Both the position numbers and the translations under genes were made by a program. Under the pieces are notes generated by a model. That model did no database searches. It had not been told where the DNA came from and was given only the letters and a program-made list of their open reading frames with translations. This document shows positions 8,655-17,434 of a stretch of 64,000 bases of DNA, piece by piece. How positions within the stretch are numbered: the stretch's first letter is position 1; the number at the start of each line of letters is the position of its first letter. The stretch is from an uncultured Pseudomonadales bacterium (GTDB taxonomy: Bacteria; Pseudomonadota; Gammaproteobacteria; Pseudomonadales; Azotimanducaceae): positions 49,123-113,122 of the forward strand of contig CAZNFX010000002.1 in NCBI GenBank assembly GCA_964572845.1, in the 5' to 3' direction.

Positions 8655-8989
8655 GGATACTAAATTTCTATTGTTGTTGCAAACTTAATGGACCTCGCCC
8701 AGAATCAAACGGGAGCTGGGCTCATGTTGGCGACATTGGCCAATTAAATCGAGGACCTGCATTGAGGGCATAGTTCAAGCTTGGATTCGACGGGATCAAC
8801 GTCGAGTCCACCGACGTAGGGATGCGGCACACGTTTGTCGTGAAGGGTTGGTAGAGAACTTCAGCTAGGGCTGATTTTCCACGGAATTTGGTTGTGTTTG
8901 AAATGTACTTCGAGGCACACGGAGAAGAGAGAATCTTGCAATTTGTTTCTCCTATAATTCCTGCCCAATGATTGAGCTAAGAGTCCACC

Positions 8990-9424
8990 ATGTCCAGTAG
9001 ACCTAGTAGATTGCTGCACGTCGCCTTCGCCGTCTTGGTAGTCGCCAGTTTGGCCGCGAACGAGGAGATCGCCGACTACCGACACGAATCGATGGAGGCA
9101 ATTGGGGGCCATTTCCAATCCGTCTTGAAAATTGTTAGAGGAGATGTGCCCTTCCAGTCCCACCTATCCATGCACGCCGACGCTCTTGCAGACTATGGGG
9201 AGGTCATGGCCTCCCTGTTCGAGGAAGGATCCGAAGGAGGCGAAGCGCTCGACAAGATTTGGGACGAGCCCGAAGAATTCAGTGAGGCAGTGGAGAAATT
9301 CAAGACTGCCACTGCAGAGTTCAAGGATGTTGTGGACAACGGTGGAGACGAAGGTGAGGTCGCATCGGCATTCCGAGCTGTGGGTGGAACCTGCAAAGGC
9401 TGCCACGACTCCTATCGCGAGTAG
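8990..9424 (+). CDS. cytochrome c' (class II cytochrome c), exported
   Basis: Signal peptide MSSRPSRLLHVAFAVLVVASLAA. Size and composition fit a four-helix protein. The haem site CKGCH lies at the extreme C-terminus (CKGCHDSYRE*). Confidence 0.85.
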   Translation: MSSRPSRLLHVAFAVLVVASLAANEEIADYRHESMEAIGGHFQSVLKIVRGDVPFQSHLSMHADALADYGEVMASLFEEGSEGGEALDKIWDEPEEFSEAVEKFKTATAEFKDVVDNGGDEGEVASAFRAVGGTCKGCHDSYRE

Positions 9425-10062
9425 CTGAGCAAAATCCAGAAGACTGCGATTGCGGCGACCAAGCTGACGACAGCTCTCCACACGGAAAACTCCGTTGAGT
9501 CCGCATGTACCGGCTTGCGTCCGGTGAACATCGAGAGTGGAATCGTGCTACGCAGGAAGATCCCGTAGACCGCATGAGCGGCTAGATGGGTCGCAATTAG
9601 AGCCACAATGAACCACCACACTTTGTGGTGAAGATCTGTAGCCGTTTCAACGAGCTCGTCCGAGGCGAATTGAACGAGGGGTCCTTCAATGAACACGTCG
9701 TCAGTTGTAAAGAGTCCTGCCCCAGCCTGAAATCCTAATGCGGCAAACATGCAGATCGCCAGCGCAATCCCAGGCGGTGTATGCGCTTGGGATCCCAACT
9801 TTCCAGTGAAATAGAGGAATATTCGAGATGGCGTAGTCATGTAATGATTGAAGCGCGCATAGGTTCCTCCCCACAATCCCCACAGGAGACGGAACACCAA
9901 TAGTGCTACCACGGCCATCCCCGCCCACCGGTGGAGGTCCATCGCATCCCACTCCTTGATCAGACCGGTGAGTAGTGCGGTCGACGCGCAAAGCGCAATC
10001 AGCCAATGCCATAGTCTGAGAGGCCACTCCCAAATCAACGGATTTCTTGGTTTTGAACTCAA
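9412..10062 (-). CDS. cytochrome b561-family membrane protein
   Basis: Four TM helices with conserved His residues (RLWHWLIAL, DLHRWAG, DLHHKVWW, THLAAHAVYG). This is a common partner of cytochrome c'. It overlaps the cytochrome c' gene convergently by 13 nt. Confidence 0.75.
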   Translation of the reverse strand: MSSKPRNPLIWEWPLRLWHWLIALCASTALLTGLIKEWDAMDLHRWAGMAVVALLVFRLLWGLWGGTYARFNHYMTTPSRIFLYFTGKLGSQAHTPPGIALAICMFAALGFQAGAGLFTTDDVFIEGPLVQFASDELVETATDLHHKVWWFIVALIATHLAAHAVYGIFLRSTIPLSMFTGRKPVHADSTEFSVWRAVVSLVAAIAVFWILLSYSR

Positions 10063-10155
10063 TGGAGCAAGCCTCAGGCTACGGAAATTAATCGATGCTT
10101 AGTACAGATTGTTTGTCGACAGCTAACGAGACTGGGCACGAGGTCATTTGCGATG

Positions 10156-10773
10156 TCAGTCTTCCGAATCGGACACGGTCTCGACCTGTTCAGTCGGTGG
10201 CTCAGTTTGCTGATATCGTGAGATTTGCTGAAGAATGTGGTTGCGAAGGTCTTCTGCTGTGTCGGGACGCAGACCCTGTATGCTGAAAGCTAGTCCAGCT
10301 GCGGTGAAGATGTTCAGAGTCGCAAGATCGAACATACGTTCGAATACTCCTCGTACGGTTGTCGCATGTTGCATGCGCCTGAACGGTGCGCTTGACATCG
10401 TTGTGCGAAACAGACCGCGACGATAGTTGATATCCTCCTGGCGTACTGCATACCGACGGCGCGGCACTTCGAAAAACGGAAACACAAACCACGAAACCAG
10501 AAGGTACACGATCAGCAAGGCCAGAACTATCTTGCCCATCAGACTGAGGGCACCCCACATCCAATAAACGTACTCAGAAGTTAATTCTTGCTCGATCAAG
10601 TTGATCAAGACAAACCCAAGAGCGAGTGGAATTATCAATAGTGAGGAAATGAGATTCCTGACCAAGATTAGCGACCTCAATTGGATCTCGACCCTAACCC
10701 AAGAGATTTCGGTGGCTTTGGGTATCTGTTCCATGGGAACGGTTGGATTCTCAAAGAGATCGGTCATTGCCAT
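10156..10773 (-). CDS. bacterial PH-domain membrane protein (YdbS-like)
   Basis: Two TM helices followed by a bPH_2-like block YAVRQEDINYRRGLFRTTMSSAPFRRMQH...LATLNIFTAG. Confidence 0.7.
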   Translation of the reverse strand: MAMTDLFENPTVPMEQIPKATEISWVRVEIQLRSLILVRNLISSLLIIPLALGFVLINLIEQELTSEYVYWMWGALSLMGKIVLALLIVYLLVSWFVFPFFEVPRRRYAVRQEDINYRRGLFRTTMSSAPFRRMQHATTVRGVFERMFDLATLNIFTAAGLAFSIQGLRPDTAEDLRNHILQQISRYQQTEPPTEQVETVSDSED

Positions 10774-12347
10774 TCCTCATTGCTGGATTCAATTGCATAC
10801 AGTATGTAGTCTCTGAACGCCTGGGCACGGCCCAAGTCCAGGTAGGGAATCGTTACTTGCACCGTGTTTGCCTTAATAGTCAGAGATGCCTTGTGAGTCC
10901 ACTCTTGAACGAAACTCTTGGTGACTTCTACTGACTGAATTTTGGAGTATTTCATGCAGATCATTGTGTAGCTAAGTGTCCCGCGTCGATATATGATCGC
11001 GTTCTCGTTGAACATGTAGCCAGCTTTGCGCCACACAAAGAAGCGAACGACGCCAACCGGAATCAACCACCCTAGCACGGCAAGCCCAATTACGCTCCTA
11101 AATAGCAAAAGTGCCACGATCGTTCCGATTACCGCTGGAATCAAGCCACTTTTTGTGAAGGGAACCCAAAAGTACGCACTCGATATGGGTAGAAATCTCT
11201 TGGATCGCGGGTCGAACAGCAAGTCGTTGACAGCTTCTGGCAGCAAACGTCTGCATAGTTTCGTGGTCATGCTTGCTGTTGAGTAAGGAATCGTCAGGCG
11301 GTGTCGTTCGTCGCTGGTTGATTGAAAAGCGTTGATTGTGAAGAAGGAAAACCAGCGGCTTCGCAAATTTTGGCCCACACTAACCGATTGAATTTTTGGT
11401 ATATCGAGCCTTACTTCATGAATCGTCTTGAGTCCCGCGACCGACTTGATGGACTCCTCGATTGGAGTCAGACGAAAGTTGTGCCATTTGAAGAAGGCTG
11501 ACAAGACTTTAATGAGTAGCCAACCCAGTAGAAGCAAAACCATTGCTTCAACGACTATAAGGATCACCATGAGCCAGTAGTTCACATCCGGCATGAACTG
11601 GGTGTGGAAAGTGACAATAGAATCAAAGAATAGAACTGCTCGATTTCCGTTTCCTTCGTCTTCCCAGAGTTGCTGGGTGTATTGCAGGGTAAATCCAAGA
11701 ATTCCCGCGAGGAAAGGAATTGCGAGCGCTAGATTGCCAGAGCTAATCCCAATACGAACCACCTGTGGCCAGCGATAGGTGACAATAGCCGCTTCTTCGG
11801 AGTGCGAATTCGGCATTGCGCTGTCAACGCCCTCATCTACACCATCATCGCGAGAGTCTTTACGACGCTCATCGATTGTGGCTCTAAGAGAAGTTGCAAA
11901 TTCCAAAGGTACTGCAGGGATGGTTGCTTCGGCCGTTCCGCTCCCAGCGGTGTCGAAACTGATTCCTGTAAGACCGAGGAGCCGGTCCACAATACCGCGT
12001 TCCAGGTTTACAGCACGAATTCGGTCGAATTGCAAGTCTATGTGCTGCTCCCTGAGCACACCTTCTCGCACAGATATTCCGGTTTCCGAAAGTCGAAATC
12101 TGAATCGACGGTAGCGAACAATCGCAATCGCCACGATGGCGACGACCCAAATCCCTACGAGCGCAAATATGAAGATCCAGTTTTCGCTGGCGGCGAACCA
12201 CGCCAAAATAAAGGTATTGGGCAGTACTACGTCCTTGAAACGATTGAACGTCGCACGAACGGTCTTGCCAAGAAAGAAGAGCAGCGACACAGGCGAGGCC
12301 ATGTACCAGAAGTCTAGGTCGTAGCTAGTTCGTCGCTGCAACATCAA
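10764..12347 (-). CDS. triple bacterial PH-domain membrane protein (YdbT-like)
   Basis: Repeated TM-pair plus PH-like units (ISVREGVLREQHIDLQFDRIRAV...; IIYRRGTLSYTMICMKYSKIQSV...). It overlaps the YdbS-like gene by 10 nt. Confidence 0.7.
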   Translation of the reverse strand: MMLQRRTSYDLDFWYMASPVSLLFFLGKTVRATFNRFKDVVLPNTFILAWFAASENWIFIFALVGIWVVAIVAIAIVRYRRFRFRLSETGISVREGVLREQHIDLQFDRIRAVNLERGIVDRLLGLTGISFDTAGSGTAEATIPAVPLEFATSLRATIDERRKDSRDDGVDEGVDSAMPNSHSEEAAIVTYRWPQVVRIGISSGNLALAIPFLAGILGFTLQYTQQLWEDEGNGNRAVLFFDSIVTFHTQFMPDVNYWLMVILIVVEAMVLLLLGWLLIKVLSAFFKWHNFRLTPIEESIKSVAGLKTIHEVRLDIPKIQSVSVGQNLRSRWFSFFTINAFQSTSDERHRLTIPYSTASMTTKLCRRLLPEAVNDLLFDPRSKRFLPISSAYFWVPFTKSGLIPAVIGTIVALLLFRSVIGLAVLGWLIPVGVVRFFVWRKAGYMFNENAIIYRRGTLSYTMICMKYSKIQSVEVTKSFVQEWTHKASLTIKANTVQVTIPYLDLGRAQAFRDYILYAIESSNEEWQ

Positions 12348-12442
12348 TACTCAAACTTGCCTACAACTTGTGCGGTGTCATGGAGCAGCTAGACAATCCT
12401 GGAATTTTTGTGCGGCTAAATTCAGGTCGTGGTGCGTGCGCC

Positions 12443-13459
12443 CTACCACGAGCGGGATAGCCCTTCCGAAGCCAAGTCCGTCCACAACGAATCGGGAAGG
12501 TCCTGTTGCACAAAATCCAGATTCATGGCTACTTCGTCAAGCGACCACATGCCAGGTATGACGGATGCCACAGCCTTGTGTCGCAATGGATATTGCAGTG
12601 CGGCCGCACGCATATCGACGCCGTGAGATTCGCACACGCGGCGAATGCGTTGTGCTTTTTCCCACAGGTCGTCAGGAGCGGGCTTGTAGTCATAGGTTGC
12701 GCGCCGACGCTCCACATTCGCCAGAAGACCGGAATTGTAGGGTCCGCCAATCACCACCGATACGTTCTTGGCAAGACACTGCGGAAGCATTTCATCCAGA
12801 GGTTCCTGTTCAAGCAGCGTAAACCTTCCTGCTAGCAAAAAGCAATTGGGGTCGAATTCGCGCATGACACGAGTGCAAACCGCCGACTCGTTGACGCCGA
12901 GTCCAATAGCCTGCACTACACCCTCTTCACGCAAGCGATGCAGCGCTGGCAATGCTCCGTTGGCCGCAGTCTCATAAATTTGTGGCTGTTGGTCGCCATG
13001 CGTCCATGCATCAATGTCATGGCAAAGGAGTATGTCTATGCGATCAAGTCCAAGACGCTCGAGGCTGGATTCGATGGACTTGAGAACACCATCGCTGGAA
13101 TAGTCGTACTGAATCGAGACAGGCTCGTCGTCGAGCATGCCAGCGAAGCGGGTGCCGCGATCTTTGGCAACAAGCAAGCGACCAATTTTCGTAGACAAGG
13201 CGAATTCGCTTCGGGGATACGAAGAGAGACTGTTTCCAAGCCTTTTTTCGGAAAGTCCATGGCCGTAGAGAGGTGCGCTGTCGAAGTAACGAATGCCGCC
13301 TTTCCATGCCGACGCAACAATGTTGTCAGCAAGTTCATCGCTAATGCGAGAGCCGACTGCGCCAATAGGTGCACCTCCGAACCCAAGTTCGGTTACTTCA
13401 ACGCTGGTATTGCCCAGACTTCGTTTTCTCAGACCCATGAGACCGCTCGAATTCGCCAA
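12443..13459 (-). CDS. aldo/keto reductase
   Basis: LGFGGAPIG, FDSAPLYGHGLSE and LSTKIGR motifs. The start may instead be the ATG at 13438. Confidence 0.85.
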   Translation of the reverse strand: MANSSGLMGLRKRSLGNTSVEVTELGFGGAPIGAVGSRISDELADNIVASAWKGGIRYFDSAPLYGHGLSEKRLGNSLSSYPRSEFALSTKIGRLLVAKDRGTRFAGMLDDEPVSIQYDYSSDGVLKSIESSLERLGLDRIDILLCHDIDAWTHGDQQPQIYETAANGALPALHRLREEGVVQAIGLGVNESAVCTRVMREFDPNCFLLAGRFTLLEQEPLDEMLPQCLAKNVSVVIGGPYNSGLLANVERRRATYDYKPAPDDLWEKAQRIRRVCESHGVDMRAAALQYPLRHKAVASVIPGMWSLDEVAMNLDFVQQDLPDSLWTDLASEGLSRSW

Positions 13460-14145
13460 CCATTTTCGTCTGTGAGATAGAGCAGAGCGCTGTTGAGGTT
13501 TCCCGTGACAGCGAAAGTTGCAGAGTGAAGACCAATTTGAACGGGTTCTACATTGCCTCCGGTTATTTCGCGAAGCGGGAGCTCCTCCGCGGTTGTGACC
13601 TTCTTAACCGAACCAACATCAATGGCATACACGGTGGACCCGCAAGCGTTCCAAGCGTCATCAAGCGTTCGTCGCCCTATTGCTCTGCGGAACGAATCGA
13701 CAACACGCCAAGGCACATCGGTATCTGCTGTTTTGCTGTTGGGTTCTGGGTCGATGCCGTAGCGGCATTGAATTCCCCAATAGTCATCGATGCGTGTGAC
13801 GATATAAGTAACGCGGTTGGTCAAAATAGGCGAATCGTCGCTTCGTACCCGAGTCCACCCGCCGGCGATGTGCCATTTGTCAGTCGATGTGTGGACAACC
13901 TGCGGCTCATGCCCGTTCGTGTGGTCCCATCCTTGATCGATAAATGGTTGCCATGTGATGTTCAGCGCATGCGCTTCTGCATCTGCGATCACCCGAGGTT
14001 GACTTCTCCACGTAATGCGGACGTGGGGATAGTGCAGCGCCATCGAGAATTCGTGCGGATCACGTGTATTGAAGCTGGAAAAGAAATTCCGATAGGCGTG
14101 TAACGCTGTGTCGGGGGGCATGCGGTTAGGTCCAGCGAGCAACAA
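13429..14145 (-). CDS. hypothetical protein, possibly tandem NTF2/SnoaL-like folds
   Basis: Long ORF with ordinary composition, co-oriented with its neighbours. The only family hint is the N-terminal LHAYRNFFSSFNTRDPHEF pattern. Confidence 0.45.
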   Translation of the reverse strand: MLLAGPNRMPPDTALHAYRNFFSSFNTRDPHEFSMALHYPHVRITWRSQPRVIADAEAHALNITWQPFIDQGWDHTNGHEPQVVHTSTDKWHIAGGWTRVRSDDSPILTNRVTYIVTRIDDYWGIQCRYGIDPEPNSKTADTDVPWRVVDSFRRAIGRRTLDDAWNACGSTVYAIDVGSVKKVTTAEELPLREITGGNVEPVQIGLHSATFAVTGNLNSALLYLTDENGWRIRAVSWV

Positions 14146-14186
14146 AATCGACGCGTAGATTATGCCCAGTCACGTTGACGAGGATT

Positions 14187-16544
14187 CTAGTCATCGATTT
14201 GCGCAAACAAATCCTGCTGATGGTACTTCTCAGCTATTTCGTCGAAATTCAATCCCAACGCGGCGAGAACTGGCTCAGCCACAGGCCTAATCTGCCGTTG
14301 AAGATAGTGCTCTCGATCCGGGGGATGTTCAAGCTCTTGCAAGGGTTCCGGACCCTCGGTGGTAATCATGTATTCGATGATTCGGCCCGGTCGCGACATT
14401 TTTCGACCTGCTGCTACATGCGGCGGCACAACTCTGGTGTATTGGGACAACGGCTTACGCAGTCCCTTGCGGTAGACGAGCTTTGCATCCAATTCCCCTT
14501 CCCGCAGAGCGCGCACGTAGTCGCGTAGATATTCGTCCACAGATTCCTCTGAGAACAATCTTCTGAACAGCTCGCGTTGAACTTCCTTAGCCAGTTCTGT
14601 CCAGTCGCGACGAACGACCTCCATGCCAGTGAATTCAAGCTCGCCTGAAGGGTACTCTAGTCCAGCGTATCTCTTCCGCGCTCCGGTTCGAGAACGTCGC
14701 ATTGCCGGCAAGAAGAACTTTGCATAGAGATGCTCAAACTCAAGAATCAGTTTGCTGGATACACCCCACTCTTTGTCTACGTATTGGGCTATAGCATCAT
14801 TGAACTCAGCGGCCAATTCAGTACCAAGCTTGAACGTCTCATCTTGTGATGCCAAACCTGATTTGACGAAGACGCTGTCTGTATCGCCGTAGAGAACCAC
14901 ATACCCACGGCCCTCAAACCAGTCCTTGGCATATCTCAGAAAATGTCGTCCGAGAGAGGTCACTGCGTTGGCGAGTTTCGCATTGTGAAAGCGACAGACT
15001 GGGGTGGCCAAAACTCCGTAGAAGGAGTTCATCAGGATTTTTATCGCTTGGGATGCGACCGGATCGCCCAGTCGCTTTGCGTCCTCGCGTTCGCTGAACA
15101 ACTGGTCGAGTATCGAGGGAAGTATAGAGGGATCTCGAGAGAACCGTGCACCATTTATTGTCTCAATAGGATCATTGGCGTCTTCTGCTTGAATATGGCT
15201 TACAGGGTCGATATTGAAAGTTCGTATGACGCTTGGGTACAAGCTCTTGTAGTCGAACGACCACACGTTGCTATACATTCCCGGGACAGGCTCCAGCACG
15301 AGTCCTCCCGAGTGCCGTTCTCGTGCATGGACCGGACTGGCACTGACGGACGGCGCAACTACCTTCTTCTTCCGAAGCTGTGAGATATAGACGAAATCGA
15401 AAGAAGCGACACTTGCAGCGACGCGATCCATAGTCATACCCGTCAGAGTGCTCCTTTTCGCAGCCAAGGGCAGCAGCTTCAGTTTCTCGACAATCTCGAA
15501 TGCCAAACGAGCATCTGTGCGTGCGTAGTGGATAAATCCTGGCAGATCGTTGTTGTAGCGCTCAAGTATCTCCCCGGCGCGATCCTTGACATTGCCTTCC
15601 ACGGCTTTACCTTCCCCCAATACCTCTTGCGCGACCGCATCAAGGGAGTAGTCGTCGAATGTGACAAACGCACCTCTGACCAATGCGATTCCGTCCAATA
15701 CCGTCCTTCCATGTACGACGGCTTGGCTGCTTCCGAAGAATCCTCTGGCTTCGCGCAACTGCACCCCAGATTGGGTACGCCCTAGAGCCAAGCTAATCTT
15801 GCAGTGACGTGCTATGCGCGAAAGTACGGCAAGATCGAAATCGATTACGTTCCACCCAGTGAGTACGTCGGGGTCCAATTCCGCGACTCGTTGCTTGAAG
15901 GCGTTGATCGCATCCTTTGCCGTCGCGAACGCAATTGAATCGGCTGGTAGCTTTCGCTTGCGAGGGTCGACGACAAGCACTTCGTTGACGGAGGGGCTGT
16001 AAAGAGCGATTGCCAGCAATTGCCGAGCTTTGGGATCGGTTTCTATGTCAAACGAGAGAACGCTTGGTGTAAAGGAAACTTGAGCGGGCGAGATGCTGGG
16101 ATTGGTGAACACGAGGTCCGCATCCGTTGCGTCGAAATCCGGTTCGCCTTCGATCGCAATTCCGCCCCGAACATCTTGGTTGATGAGAAAGGAAACTGGA
16201 AATCTCAGATCAGCTTCATACGTCGGGATGTTTTCCGCATGCAGCCGATCGCGGACGGGAAGCATGTCGGCAGGCAAATCACACAGTACTTTGGCCGCTG
16301 GAAACCCATCCAGCGTGTCGCAGTCGGACTCGACGATATTGAATTTTCGTAGTGCTGGATGGCCTACGTCCTTGTCTCTGACGTAGAAGAACGGAACTTG
16401 GCGAGTCTCCCTTATAAGGAATGATCGTCCATCCTCGAGCCGGCCGCTGATGTGGATTACTGGAACGCCATCTTCCGCCCTATAGCCGGTCTGATAGAGA
16501 AATCCCAGATGGCGGTGCGTTGTCATGGGGTTTTTGGCGTTCAA
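14187..16544 (-). CDS. polB: DNA polymerase II (family B)
   Basis: Exo motif SFDIETD, plus pol motifs SFDYKSLYPSVI and VVLYGDTDSVFV. TTG start at 16544 is preceded by GGAG; an alternative ATG lies at 16526. Confidence 0.9.
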   Translation of the reverse strand: MNAKNPMTTHRHLGFLYQTGYRAEDGVPVIHISGRLEDGRSFLIRETRQVPFFYVRDKDVGHPALRKFNIVESDCDTLDGFPAAKVLCDLPADMLPVRDRLHAENIPTYEADLRFPVSFLINQDVRGGIAIEGEPDFDATDADLVFTNPSISPAQVSFTPSVLSFDIETDPKARQLLAIALYSPSVNEVLVVDPRKRKLPADSIAFATAKDAINAFKQRVAELDPDVLTGWNVIDFDLAVLSRIARHCKISLALGRTQSGVQLREARGFFGSSQAVVHGRTVLDGIALVRGAFVTFDDYSLDAVAQEVLGEGKAVEGNVKDRAGEILERYNNDLPGFIHYARTDARLAFEIVEKLKLLPLAAKRSTLTGMTMDRVAASVASFDFVYISQLRKKKVVAPSVSASPVHARERHSGGLVLEPVPGMYSNVWSFDYKSLYPSVIRTFNIDPVSHIQAEDANDPIETINGARFSRDPSILPSILDQLFSEREDAKRLGDPVASQAIKILMNSFYGVLATPVCRFHNAKLANAVTSLGRHFLRYAKDWFEGRGYVVLYGDTDSVFVKSGLASQDETFKLGTELAAEFNDAIAQYVDKEWGVSSKLILEFEHLYAKFFLPAMRRSRTGARKRYAGLEYPSGELEFTGMEVVRRDWTELAKEVQRELFRRLFSEESVDEYLRDYVRALREGELDAKLVYRKGLRKPLSQYTRVVPPHVAAGRKMSRPGRIIEYMITTEGPEPLQELEHPPDREHYLQRQIRPVAEPVLAALGLNFDEIAEKYHQQDLFAQIDD

Positions 16545-17327
16545 CTATCTCCACATATTGGTGCCGCCGCAGACGGCGATCGCCTGCCCTGTGATGTACT
16601 CGCTGGCATCGGAGGCCAGGAATACAGCAATGCCCTTGAGATCGTCAGATTCGCCGAGTCGTCGCAAAGGAGTGTTGGTTTCCGCGTTTCTCTTGGCAAG
16701 CTCGTTGTCCCAAAGAGCTTTCGCGAAGTCCGTCTTGATCAGCCCCGGGCATATTGCATTGACGCGTATTCCGTGCGGACCATATTCCAACGCCACATTG
16801 CGTACAAGCGCTATGTCAGCCAGCTTCGAAATGTTGTACGTGCCCAGCGTGAGAGAACCTGCGAAAGCACCGGTGCTAGCGGTGATCATCATGCTTCCTT
16901 TTTTCTTCGCCACCATGTCGGGCGCGACCATCTGACACAGCCAGTGATTGGATCGGACGTTTGAATTCATGATTTTGTCGTACGCAGAATCTGGAATTTC
17001 AGACATGGGACCGTAAAAAGGGTTTACGCCTGCGTTGCTGACTAGAATGTCGATTGGACCCAATCTGTTGCGCGTTTCGTCCACAAGGTTCTGCAATTGC
17101 TCCTTGTAGCCAATGTTGCAGGCAACCGCAATTGCGCGTTCTTCGCCGCACACATTGTTGATGTGCTCGCATGCCTGCTCGCACTGATCCAATTTTCGGC
17201 TGGACACAACGACGCGCGCGCCGTGTTGCGCGAGCCCTTCGGCCATGCTAAGTCCCATTCCCTTGGATGCTCCGGTCAGCAACGCTACGCGATCGGAGAG
17301 ATCGAACAGGTCCGTTTTTACACTCAT
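16545..17327 (-). CDS. short-chain dehydrogenase/reductase (SDR)
   Basis: TGASKGMG Rossmann motif, NAG, and YNISKLA (catalytic YxxxK). Confidence 0.9.
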   Translation of the reverse strand: MSVKTDLFDLSDRVALLTGASKGMGLSMAEGLAQHGARVVVSSRKLDQCEQACEHINNVCGEERAIAVACNIGYKEQLQNLVDETRNRLGPIDILVSNAGVNPFYGPMSEIPDSAYDKIMNSNVRSNHWLCQMVAPDMVAKKKGSMMITASTGAFAGSLTLGTYNISKLADIALVRNVALEYGPHGIRVNAICPGLIKTDFAKALWDNELAKRNAETNTPLRRLGESDDLKGIAVFLASDASEYITGQAIAVCGGTNMWR

Positions 17328-17434
17328 AGTCGTTCCTCAAAAGGGTTATGACTTCGACAAGCTGCTTATCGTAATGCAACTACCAATTGAGTTAGCGATT
17401 ACGATATGTCGTTGAATTGTTCCGTTAATCTCTT

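Noticed and set aside
8783-8796. A 14-nt match (GGATTCGACGGGAT) to the conserved 5' region of tmRNA as I remember the E. coli ssrA sequence. In addition, GGGCTGATT occurs at about 8870 and GAGTCCACCA just before the cytochrome c' ATG (8979-8988), with the first nine bases also present at 8803-8811.
   Set aside because: I could find no tag-peptide reading frame ending in ...AA-stop, no T-arm (GGTTCRANTCC), and no 7-bp acceptor pairing. A full-length ssrA would also run into the confident cytochrome c' CDS. This is at most a remnant or a coincidence. A tmRNA covariance-model scan would settle it.
8885-8911. An NsrR/FNR-type operator upstream of cytochrome c' (AATTTGGTTGTGTTTGAAATGTACTTC has a half-site resembling AAATGYATNTT).
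   Set aside because: Only one half-site is recognisable and the left arm is poor. I am relying on a remembered consensus, which is not enough to call a site.
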